DNA of 24,103 bases, taken from IMG/VR virus record IMGVR_UViG_3300023283_000204, positions 1 to 24,103 of that record; one strand, 5' to 3'. The stretch comes from a virus. Lineage: Duplodnaviria; Caudoviricetes. Shown in pieces: positions 9,623 to 16,240 of this stretch; position 1 is the stretch's first letter; every line of letters begins with the position of its first letter. The translations under genes were made by a program, and so were the position numbers. Below the pieces are notes generated by a model, which was not told the DNA's origin, searched no databases, and worked only from the letters and a program-made list of their open reading frames with translations.

Positions 9623-9966
9623 GCCAGTTCCTCGGCGTCCTCCTCCGTGATGCCGGAAAGCTCTGAGGCGACTCGCCAGATCCGGTTCACCGCCGCCCCG
9701 CTTTTTCGACCGAGCGCGTCGACGTCTGAATCTCTGAAAACTCTGTCGCCCTCCTCGTCGACCACGGTGCGGGCCACCAGCTTCGCCCGAACGTTGGCGA
9801 GATCCACGGTCGACTGATCGTCCTGTAGGCAGTCGGCCTCAAATGCGTCGCGCTCTGCGGCGGTCAGCGCCCGAACCAGAACCTCACCGCTCCATTCGGG
9901 CACCTGGACGCGTCGGCGATTGAGATCGTCAGCCTCAAGAATCGTCTCTCGATCCAATATCGTCAT
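9613..9966 (-). CDS. Tail assembly chaperone (gpG-like), 117 aa
   Basis: MTILDRETILEADDL...VQVPEWSGEVLVRALTAAERDAFE...VDEEGDRVF...ELAGN; AAGGAG RBS before ATG 9966. Confidence 0.88.
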   Translation of the reverse strand: MTILDRETILEADDLNRRRVQVPEWSGEVLVRALTAAERDAFEADCLQDDQSTVDLANVRAKLVARTVVDEEGDRVFRDSDVDALGRKSGAAVNRIWRVASELSGITEEDAEELAGN

Positions 9967-10069
9967 CTTCGCTCCTTGTGGCGTATCGGGGACGCCCCGG
10001 CCGGAACCGGAGACCTGCACACGCCGAACAGGTGGGCCCGCGCCCCCGTACTCAGTGGCCCAGCAATCG

Positions 10070-10480
10070 CTAGGATGTGTTTCGACTCAGGGTGCCGGCC
10101 GACTGGATCGTGATGGCCGACGTAGCCAACTCCCCGACGCTGTTGTCGAGCGGGGGGTAGCTCTCCAGGACACCGTTGCCGGTATATTCTGGGTTGTCGG
10201 CGGCGATCGATCCGGTCGACTTGCGGATCTTGACCGTGAAGGCAGCAGCTCCGACAAGTGGAAACAAAGTCGCGTCCACGCTGGAGGCCGCCCAGTCCTG
10301 TGCGAACTCAACGTCCAGTGACCAGTTTTTGAGCGCCGGCTTGCTGGCCCTCGTGTCGTCACCCATCACCGTGTCGTCCTCCTGCTCTGCCTCGTAGTTG
10401 AGGGTTAGCTGTCGGACGTGGTCGGACAGGTCTGTACCGTTGATCTCGACGAAGGCGTCTGTGAGCACCTCGGTTGCCAT
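10070..10480 (-). CDS. Major tail tube protein (136 aa)
   Basis: Directly upstream of the chaperone; AGGAGG RBS; INGTDLSDHVRQLTLNYEAE...DTVMGDDTR...LKNWSLDVEF...NPEYTG tail-tube pattern. Confidence 0.82.
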   Translation of the reverse strand: MATEVLTDAFVEINGTDLSDHVRQLTLNYEAEQEDDTVMGDDTRASKPALKNWSLDVEFAQDWAASSVDATLFPLVGAAAFTVKIRKSTGSIAADNPEYTGNGVLESYPPLDNSVGELATSAITIQSAGTLSRNTS

Positions 10481-10492
10481 TGGGTCCTCCTG

Positions 10493-11233
10493 CTAGTCAG
10501 TGCCGATCGCGACGACGAACGTGTAGCTCGGGCTACCAGTCCCGCCGATCGTCCATTTGACGCGCCACCAGGTGTCGGAGATCGGCCCGGCCGCGCTAGC
10601 GATTTCTGAACTGTTTGTGGTTGTCACTTGTGAATGAGAGATCTGACTGACCGGAGAAGGAAAACCGCTGTCGTCGTCACTCTCGATTTCCACATCCAGC
10701 GTCTGTGACCCGTCGCCGCCGTTTGCCAGAACATGGAGTGCCGCGAATATTTCCTGGTCCGCCCCCACCGATCCGAGCTGCGTGCCAGCCGTACTGTCGT
10801 CAGACGTCTCTTCCCCGTCCGCGTGTTCGACCACGCCGCCGACCAACGGAGCTCCGTCACCCCCCTGAGCTGAGACCGAAAACTCAAACATGCCGCCGAC
10901 TTCACCCTCGGGGTTGTATTCGGCCTGGGAAGCCCGGAAGAAGTAAGCGGTATCCCCTCTCGCTCCTGTCGGAACAGCGACAGTAAGCGGGCTGTTTGCG
11001 GCACCAATCCGCCCAAACAGGACGTCATCGATACCGCCGTCGCCCCCCTGCCAAAGGCCTTCGTGTTCGACACGTATCACACTGAGTCCGGCCTTGTTCA
11101 CTCGTGTGTCATCTCCGAACGTCGTTCCATCCTCAAGTTCAGATTCGTACGTGAATGCAATGGCATTCATGTCGCCCGAGACATCGTACCGATCGAGATA
11201 GAACTTCGCGTCGGTCAGTACCTGTGTGGCCAC
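10493..11233 (-). CDS. Second tail-tube-like protein with extra C-terminal domain (246 aa)
   Basis: N-terminus MATQVLTDA...YESELEDGTTFGDDTR aligns with MATEVLTDA...YEAEQEDDTVMGDDTR of the adjacent gene; about 110 extra C-terminal residues. Confidence 0.7.
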   Translation of the reverse strand: MATQVLTDAKFYLDRYDVSGDMNAIAFTYESELEDGTTFGDDTRVNKAGLSVIRVEHEGLWQGGDGGIDDVLFGRIGAANSPLTVAVPTGARGDTAYFFRASQAEYNPEGEVGGMFEFSVSAQGGDGAPLVGGVVEHADGEETSDDSTAGTQLGSVGADQEIFAALHVLANGGDGSQTLDVEIESDDDSGFPSPVSQISHSQVTTTNSSEIASAAGPISDTWWRVKWTIGGTGSPSYTFVVAIGTD

Positions 11234-11234
11234 A

Positions 11235-11636
11235 TCAGACTCCGTGTGTTATCTCGATGTCTACCTGGCGACCCTCTAGCTCGACATCATCGTCGAACCG
11301 ATCGATCTCGGCCTGCACGAATCCGCTTTTGATTTCGAAATCACTACCGTCGACTGTCACTGTTCCGTGAAACCGCGAAAGCGCGTTCTTTACTTCCGTG
11401 GCTGTCGCAACCGCTTCGGCGTGGCTCGAAGCCCATGCGGTGATCTGGAAAACGGGACGTGAGTCCGTGTCGCGGCCCATTGCCGACTCTCGCGGCGCGC
11501 TCACCAGCTCGTAGACGACGAACGGCGACGACGGCGCCTGCGGAGGCCGCTTGGGGAACACGCGAGACCCGACCTTTGCACTCACCCCGGCATGAGACGC
11601 GAGCCGCTCGTGGATTGCCTCGCCGATTGCCACCAT
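11235..11636 (-). CDS. Tail terminator / tail completion protein (DUF3168, SPP1 gp17-like)
   Basis: VGSRVFPKRPPQ...PFVVYELVS...FQITAWA...A...V-x-x-AL pattern and synteny. Confidence 0.85.
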   Translation of the reverse strand: MVAIGEAIHERLASHAGVSAKVGSRVFPKRPPQAPSSPFVVYELVSAPRESAMGRDTDSRPVFQITAWASSHAEAVATATEVKNALSRFHGTVTVDGSDFEIKSGFVQAEIDRFDDDVELEGRQVDIEITHGV

Positions 11637-11639
11637 CGG

Positions 11640-11852
11640 TCACGAACCCCTCGCTTGCTCGGCCATCTTCGCTTTGATCCACGCGAACGCTTCGGTATCA
11701 ATTGAGACTTCGTCGACCGCAATCTCGAACCTCACCGTATGGCGACAGCCCATCACCGCCTCGAATCCCAGCCCCCTAAGGTCGGGCACCGGCCGACCGT
11801 CGAGCTTTACTTGCAGGTCACCCCTCTCGCCTTCGATCTCGAGTCTCGCCAT
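11640..11852 (-). CDS. Hypothetical protein (70 aa)
   Basis: Fills the gap, TGATG overlap with the upstream gene, GGAGG RBS; no family recognised. Confidence 0.7.
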   Translation of the reverse strand: MARLEIEGERGDLQVKLDGRPVPDLRGLGFEAVMGCRHTVRFEIAVDEVSIDTEAFAWIKAKMAEQARGS

Positions 11853-12178
11853 CAGTCGGTATCCTCCACGGCTATGATCACGGTTCGTCGCTTTCGACCG
11901 TCGAGGTCGAGGACCGATTCAATGTCAAATACGCGCTCTTCCCACTTGATTCGCATCTTTGGGTCAACTCCCGAGATGTGTCTCAACTCAAACTCGTGAG
12001 TTGCCTCTGCGAACTTCTGGTCGTCCGCAAACGTCTCGCGTCCTCCAGTGGCTCGCACCGCCGCCCAACGGGTAGCGAACTCCGACCAAGACGGGACCTC
12101 CTCACCGAAGTTGTTCTGCGTCGGGGAATTCTGCTCGATCGTGATCCGGTGTCTCAGTTCACCCGCCCGGATCGACAC
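11852..12178 (-). CDS. Head closure / head-tail adaptor (SPP1 gp16-like)
   Basis: IRAGELRHRITIEQ...W...WAAV...GRE...MRI...FDIESV, the canonical head-closure motif. Confidence 0.92.
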   Translation of the reverse strand: MSIRAGELRHRITIEQNSPTQNNFGEEVPSWSEFATRWAAVRATGGRETFADDQKFAEATHEFELRHISGVDPKMRIKWEERVFDIESVLDLDGRKRRTVIIAVEDTD

Positions 12179-12356
12179 TCAAACCCCCCGGCAAAGGGTC
12201 GTCGTCAACTGGAGGCTCTTCGCCCCACGTGGCTTGACCCTCGCGCACGGCCTTTCGGGCCTCCGCTTCCGGAAGAAGGTATTCGCGGTCCGGGTCCAGC
12301 CACCCCCTCGACGACCGGAATCGCTCTTCGACCACCACCCAAACTCGCTCACTCAA
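12159..12356 (-). CDS. Small hypothetical head-region protein (65 aa)
   Basis: Fills the gap, TTGA overlap with the upstream stop; LPEAEARKAVREGQA resembles small proteins found near capsid genes. Confidence 0.6.
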   Translation of the reverse strand: MSERVWVVVEERFRSSRGWLDPDREYLLPEAEARKAVREGQATWGEEPPVDDDPLPGGLSVDPGG

Positions 12357-12955
12357 GCCAACATCCTCACACGTTCGGTGGCGACAAGGTCGCCGAGTGC
12401 ACGCTGTACGACGCGGGGCACCTCACCGGTGGTGACCGCCTCGCGGTGCTCGTACCAGTGGGCCACCAGCAACATGAGGGCCTGTTTGACCCTCTGGGGG
12501 ACATCGTTCACCCCTCCATATCCCGCCTCGAACTCGATTTCTACTCCGTTGGCTGCCTGTAACGTCTCGGTCGGCCAATTCTTGTTTCGTTTGACCACGA
12601 TTCGGCCGGGTTCTGACGCTGTATCTACGATGAAGTCGGTCGAAGGAAGTGTCTGCGTCGTACCGTCGTCGTCGGTGAACTGAACGCTGTCGACTGCACG
12701 CAGCGGCGGTTTGGGCAAAACAATCGGTTTCGGATCGGGCGGAAACTCGTCGAGAAAAAGTTTCCACGTCTGTGTCACGAATGCCCGGTTGGTCTCTTCT
12801 TCCAATTGTTCTCGGGCCGCGACGACTAGGCCGCTGAGTAGTCCATCATCGGCATTGATGTCGACGCGCGTGTGGTCTTTGACGTCCTGGAGTGTGATCG
12901 GCTCCTCTGTAGGCCCGACGAGCAACTCACGCCGCCCAACAAGGTTGCGACTCAC
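12353..12955 (-). CDS. Head-tail connector protein (HK97 gp6 / phiE125 gp8-like)
   Basis: EPITLQDVKDHTRVD...AAREQLE...RAFVTQTW...AGYG...VPQRVKQALMLLVAHWYEHRE; GTG start at 12955 overlaps the upstream stop (GTGA). Confidence 0.93.
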   Translation of the reverse strand: MSRNLVGRRELLVGPTEEPITLQDVKDHTRVDINADDGLLSGLVVAAREQLEEETNRAFVTQTWKLFLDEFPPDPKPIVLPKPPLRAVDSVQFTDDDGTTQTLPSTDFIVDTASEPGRIVVKRNKNWPTETLQAANGVEIEFEAGYGGVNDVPQRVKQALMLLVAHWYEHREAVTTGEVPRVVQRALGDLVATERVRMLA

Positions 12956-13125
12956 GTCCACCGCCCTGACGGGGCTCTCGTTCGGAACGCCGCCGATTCT
13001 ACGCCGGTGGAGCCAACCACGCGGAACTCTACATGTCCGGAGTCGTCGACATGTCCGGGCAACTCATGGTCTTTGACCACCACACCACAGACGACACATC
13101 GAAGGCGGATTCGGCCAGGGGTCAT
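12952..13125 (-). CDS. 57-aa C2H2 zinc-finger-like protein (below ORF-track cutoff)
   Basis: MTPGRIRLRCVVCGVVVKDHELPGHVDDSGHVEFRVVGSTGVESAAFRTRAPSGRWT*; ATGA overlap upstream and GTGA overlap downstream, filling the gap exactly. Confidence 0.7.
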   Translation of the reverse strand: MTPGRIRLRCVVCGVVVKDHELPGHVDDSGHVEFRVVGSTGVESAAFRTRAPSGRWT

Positions 13126-13421
13126 TCGGAAAGCTCCACCTCGACATCGGCCTTGAGGATTCGACCCGCCTTGCCCGAGCCATCGATCTGCGACAGGTCG
13201 AGTCCATGCTCGTCTGCCAGGTCGACGGCAGCTGCCGTCGCGTCTACCTCTCCTGGTGTCTTCTCGTCGTCCACCGTCTCCGACTCGGGCGACACCCGAA
13301 AGCCGTAGCCATAGGACTCGGCGGTCTCGGCCTCGCGAGCGGAAACCTCAGCCGTCGAGCCGGGTGAATGTTCGGTTCCGTCGGTATCGATCCGGCGGTG
13401 TGTATACTCGATGGTGGGCAT
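13122..13421 (-). CDS. Small capsid-adjacent protein with C-terminal E3-binding (peripheral subunit-binding) domain
   Basis: ATAAAVDLADEHGLDLSQIDGSGKAGRILKADVE matches the 2-oxoacid dehydrogenase E2 PSBD consensus (A-x-P-A-x-R-x-LA-x-E-x-G-x-DL-x-x-V-x-GTG-x-x-GRI-x-K-x-DV); AGGAAGGAG RBS. Confidence 0.8.
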   Translation of the reverse strand: MPTIEYTHRRIDTDGTEHSPGSTAEVSAREAETAESYGYGFRVSPESETVDDEKTPGEVDATAAAVDLADEHGLDLSQIDGSGKAGRILKADVEVELSE

Positions 13422-13491
13422 CGGCACTCCTTCCTGGCGCGTGGAACGGGGCCGGACTCCGCGAAAAGCCCGACCCCGTCACCTCATGCGA

Positions 13492-14796
13492 TTACTTCCA
13501 GCCGGTGGTCTCTGCGAAGTTTTCGATCTGCGCCACCTTGCCGTCGTATCGCTCGCTGACACGGATCGCGACCTGGAAGTTCTCGAAGAACTTGCCGCCC
13601 CTGTTCTCGGCGAACTGCATCTGTCGGCGGTCGCCAAACACGTATCCGCGCCGGAAATTACCGAGAATGAGCACGCTCTCGTCGGTCCCGGTACCCAGGT
13701 TTTCGGGCAGAGCTTCCGTGACGAAGAGCGGGCGGCCCAGCATCTCGTCGAACGGTCCGTCGCCGAGACGCTGTACGACGGGGTTGTTGTCGGCATCCTT
13801 CGTCTGGGCCAGCACCTTCCAGGTCTGCTGCGAGGCCAGCCAGATCGCATCCTGGACAGCCCTCGGCGGCAGCTGGTTGTACTGGTCGACCACGGTGTCG
13901 TGGATCGTGCCGCCGTCGGTGAGATCGGCCGCCGTGGAGGTCAGGCCGCTGGCGTTGCGCACTCCCTCCGGCTCGTTCGTGCCCGATCCGGTCAAGACGA
14001 GCTCGTTGCGCTTCTCCGCCAGGACTTCGGCGTAGACATCTCGCAGATATTCCAAGACCTCGACGTCGGCGTCGGCGAGCAGCTGCTCGGACATCGGAAG
14101 GACCCTGCCGAACAGCTGAGCCGCAAGCGACACGTTGCTGAACGCCGGATCGGTGCCCGTGTCACCCGAAGTGTTCTCGGCGATACGCTCGACCGTCGGC
14201 CGCGTGTTCTCGACCGGCACCTGTGCCACGTCGCGCGTCATGGGGATGACCCTCATGAACTCGCGGTTCGCCAGAGGCGTCAGCTGACCGACGAGGCGGA
14301 CGATCTCGTCCTCGAAGTCCTCGTGGACCAGAAAGCCACCCTCGGAGTCGGTGCCCTCGGACAGGGCCCGAGCCTCGGCATAGTCACCGTGCACGATCGC
14401 GCGATGCCACCCGACCACACGCCGGGCGAGCTCACGGTCACCGGGCTCCAGCTGGCGGTTGAAAATCTCGGGCGTCTCACCCGTGAACTTGCGCGGATAT
14501 GCGCTCCGCCTGCCTTCCAGCCTGGTCTCGCCGGTCCCCTCATCGGGGTCGGGTCGCCTCGAACGCGGCTCGCCGACCTCGTCCAGCTGATCGGACCTCT
14601 CTGTGGCCGACTCGGCGCGCTCGGCCCGCTCCAGAAGGTCCTCGACCTGCTGGTCGCGGCCTTCGAATTGTTCGATCTCCTCTTCCGTCCAGCCGTCGCC
14701 GTCCTGTTCGATGCGCTCCTCGACCTCGTCGACGAGCGCCTCGTTCTCGGCGTTTAGCTCGGAAGCTCGCTCCCTCAGTTCCGTTGCTCTGATCAT
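13492..14796 (-). CDS. Major capsid protein, HK97 family with N-terminal delta/scaffold domain (434 aa)
   Basis: Coiled-coil acidic N-terminus, RALSEGTDSEGGFLV, S-x-QLLAD, GSGTNEPEG, LGRPLFVTE, GNF...R-x-DGKV; GGGAGG RBS before ATG 14796. Confidence 0.96.
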   Translation of the reverse strand: MIRATELRERASELNAENEALVDEVEERIEQDGDGWTEEEIEQFEGRDQQVEDLLERAERAESATERSDQLDEVGEPRSRRPDPDEGTGETRLEGRRSAYPRKFTGETPEIFNRQLEPGDRELARRVVGWHRAIVHGDYAEARALSEGTDSEGGFLVHEDFEDEIVRLVGQLTPLANREFMRVIPMTRDVAQVPVENTRPTVERIAENTSGDTGTDPAFSNVSLAAQLFGRVLPMSEQLLADADVEVLEYLRDVYAEVLAEKRNELVLTGSGTNEPEGVRNASGLTSTAADLTDGGTIHDTVVDQYNQLPPRAVQDAIWLASQQTWKVLAQTKDADNNPVVQRLGDGPFDEMLGRPLFVTEALPENLGTGTDESVLILGNFRRGYVFGDRRQMQFAENRGGKFFENFQVAIRVSERYDGKVAQIENFAETTGWK

Positions 14797-14835
14797 TTGC
14801 TGCCTCCCTGTGTTTCTGCGTCCACCGGGGCCACG

Positions 14836-14894
14836 AAAAAAGGCCCGAGGCGGACGCACCCGTGTGTAGTGGATGCGATCCGCTCTCGGGCCTT
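14836..14894 (-). terminator. Long hairpin plus U-tract just upstream of the capsid gene (terminator/attenuator-like)
   Basis: Minus strand AAGGCCCGAG-a-GCGGA-t-CGCA...TGCG-TCCGC-CTCGGGCCTT running into TTTTTT, about 40 nt before the MCP start. Confidence 0.65.
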
Positions 14895-15028
14895 CCCTCG
14901 AACGCCTGTTCGGCGCGGCGGTGCTGCTCTTCTGGCCTGCTCGGTCCTACGGCGCCAGGGTCGTCGCGGCCTTCCGCTCGCCCGGCCTCGCCCCGTTGGG
15001 CTCGGTCCGTGTGACCCGCAGTCTGTAT

Positions 15029-15083
15029 ATGAGGCGTGGGAATCGAACCCCGGTCAACGCAGCCCGTCGCCGCACCGCCTCAT
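15029..15083 (-). ncRNA. 55-nt tRNA-like element (acceptor-like stem, one internal hairpin, T-arm)
   Basis: ATGAGGCG-GTGCGGC gacgg GCTGCGT-tgacc-GGGG TTCGATT CCC a-CGCCTCAT: perfect 8-bp closing stem and canonical T-loop TTCGATT; too short for a real tRNA and lacks CCA. Confidence 0.5.
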
Positions 15084-15097
15084 CATTGTCTACCGGA

Positions 15098-15126
15098 AAT
15101 CTATCACCCGGTTCCAATCAGAACAA
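15098..15126 (-). promoter_or_regulatory. Putative sigma70-type promoter for the capsid leader
   Basis: TTGTTC-17 nt-TAGATT with extended -10 TG (TGaTAGATT), in an AT-richer patch right after the protease stop. Confidence 0.6.
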
Positions 15127-15134
15127 GAGAACAA

Positions 15135-16235
15135 CTATCGCGACGAGGCAATCCCCCTGTCACGCATAACCACTCGCCGCCGAAGTCGGCGGCTGATAGC
15201 TCGGGCGTTTTCGGGACCGAGATCCTCCTCGACATCGCAACCATCTTGCTCTAACAACCCGATGGCCTCATCAACCGTGATGTCCGCCCCGTGTTCACGC
15301 AGAACAGCCACCAGCCCCTCGACACGGCACCGAGGCGGGCAGTTGATCGACTGCTCGACGACAATCGCACTGACCGTAGACGCGCTGATTCCGCTGTCGC
15401 CCTCGCAAACTGCGGCCGCTCCCATCTCTGTAGCCAGGTCTTCTTTCGTCAAGTCATCATTATCGGCCACGATCTCATCCATCAACTCGTTCAACCTGTT
15501 CCCGAACGCTTCACCGCGAGACTCTTTGGCCAGCCGCTCGCCACAGTGGATGCAATCGGTATCTTGAGTTGTACGCATTCTGTTCTTCCCATCCACACGC
15601 ACTACCTCGTCGTCTCCCGCCTGTGACCCACGCTGCTTCGCGGCATCCAGGTCTCTAGCCGCCTTCACGGAGCGTGCCGAAACAACCGTCTGCTGGTATG
15701 CCGGACTGGTGACGGGCCCGACATCGTGGATTGACCGGAACATGTGGATCCGCCGCACCGTTCGGCCCTCCTCGCGGACCACCTCCTGGTCGTCCTCGTC
15801 GACGGTGAAGATGAACGAACTACCGTGGATGTCACCACGCTTGACTAGCTGCTCTGTGTCGCGCCCGACCGACGTGTCTGGGAGGGCGACGTCATAACGC
15901 AACCCCCGGGCGTCGACCTCCAACTTGAGCGTTCCGTTCGACTCACGCCCCAGCAGATTGTCTGGATCGTGGTTTCGACTGGCCACCACATCTCTGGCCG
16001 GGTCTTCCATCACACGATCGAAGGCGCCGGGCTGAATCTCTTCGACGAACTCGCCGCCGAAGCCCGGGAGGGGCACGCTCCTCGACTCGAACACGGCGGC
16101 ATATCCCGTCAGGCGTGGTGTGCCGTCATCGGCTTCTCTCACGCGGATCTCGGCGTCCTCGGGCGACAGGGCTCGTCGCTCTCGCACACCATCGGTAATC
16201 CGGATCTCGTCGCTGTCTGTGATGTCTGTGCTCAT
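15135..16235 (-). CDS. HK97-family prohead protease with long C-terminal HTH-like extension (366 aa)
   Basis: LTGYAAVF...FVEEIQPGAF...NHD...LLGR...GTLKLEVDARGL...VKRGDIHGSSFIF...DVGPVTSPAY; AGGTGA RBS before ATG 16235; about 150 extra C-terminal residues. Confidence 0.92.
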   Translation of the reverse strand: MSTDITDSDEIRITDGVRERRALSPEDAEIRVREADDGTPRLTGYAAVFESRSVPLPGFGGEFVEEIQPGAFDRVMEDPARDVVASRNHDPDNLLGRESNGTLKLEVDARGLRYDVALPDTSVGRDTEQLVKRGDIHGSSFIFTVDEDDQEVVREEGRTVRRIHMFRSIHDVGPVTSPAYQQTVVSARSVKAARDLDAAKQRGSQAGDDEVVRVDGKNRMRTTQDTDCIHCGERLAKESRGEAFGNRLNELMDEIVADNDDLTKEDLATEMGAAAVCEGDSGISASTVSAIVVEQSINCPPRCRVEGLVAVLREHGADITVDEAIGLLEQDGCDVEEDLGPENARAISRRLRRRVVMRDRGIASSR

Positions 16236-16240
16236 TTCGC

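Noticed and set aside
9975-10060. Structured ~90-nt gap between tail tube and chaperone genes
   Set aside because: Can be folded (ACCTG/CAGGT, CGGGG/CCCCG) but is very GC-rich with no distinctive motif; stems after highly expressed genes are routine.
13446-13480. GC-rich hairpin after the capsid stop as an intrinsic terminator
   Set aside because: Stem is present (ACGGGG...CCCCGT) but there is no U-tract on the coding strand; more likely an mRNA-stabilising stem.
14797-14859. Upstream extended starts given by the ORF track (MCP 14859, chaperone 10020, protease 16271, 22724, 23019, 23323)
   Set aside because: Downstream ATGs have better RBS or stop-start overlaps, and the extensions run through hairpins or neighbouring genes.
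15029-15083. Bona fide tRNA gene or attP tRNA fragment
   Set aside because: Only 55 nt, no separate D and anticodon arms, T-stem only 3 bp, no CCA and no integrase nearby; kept as tRNA-like only.
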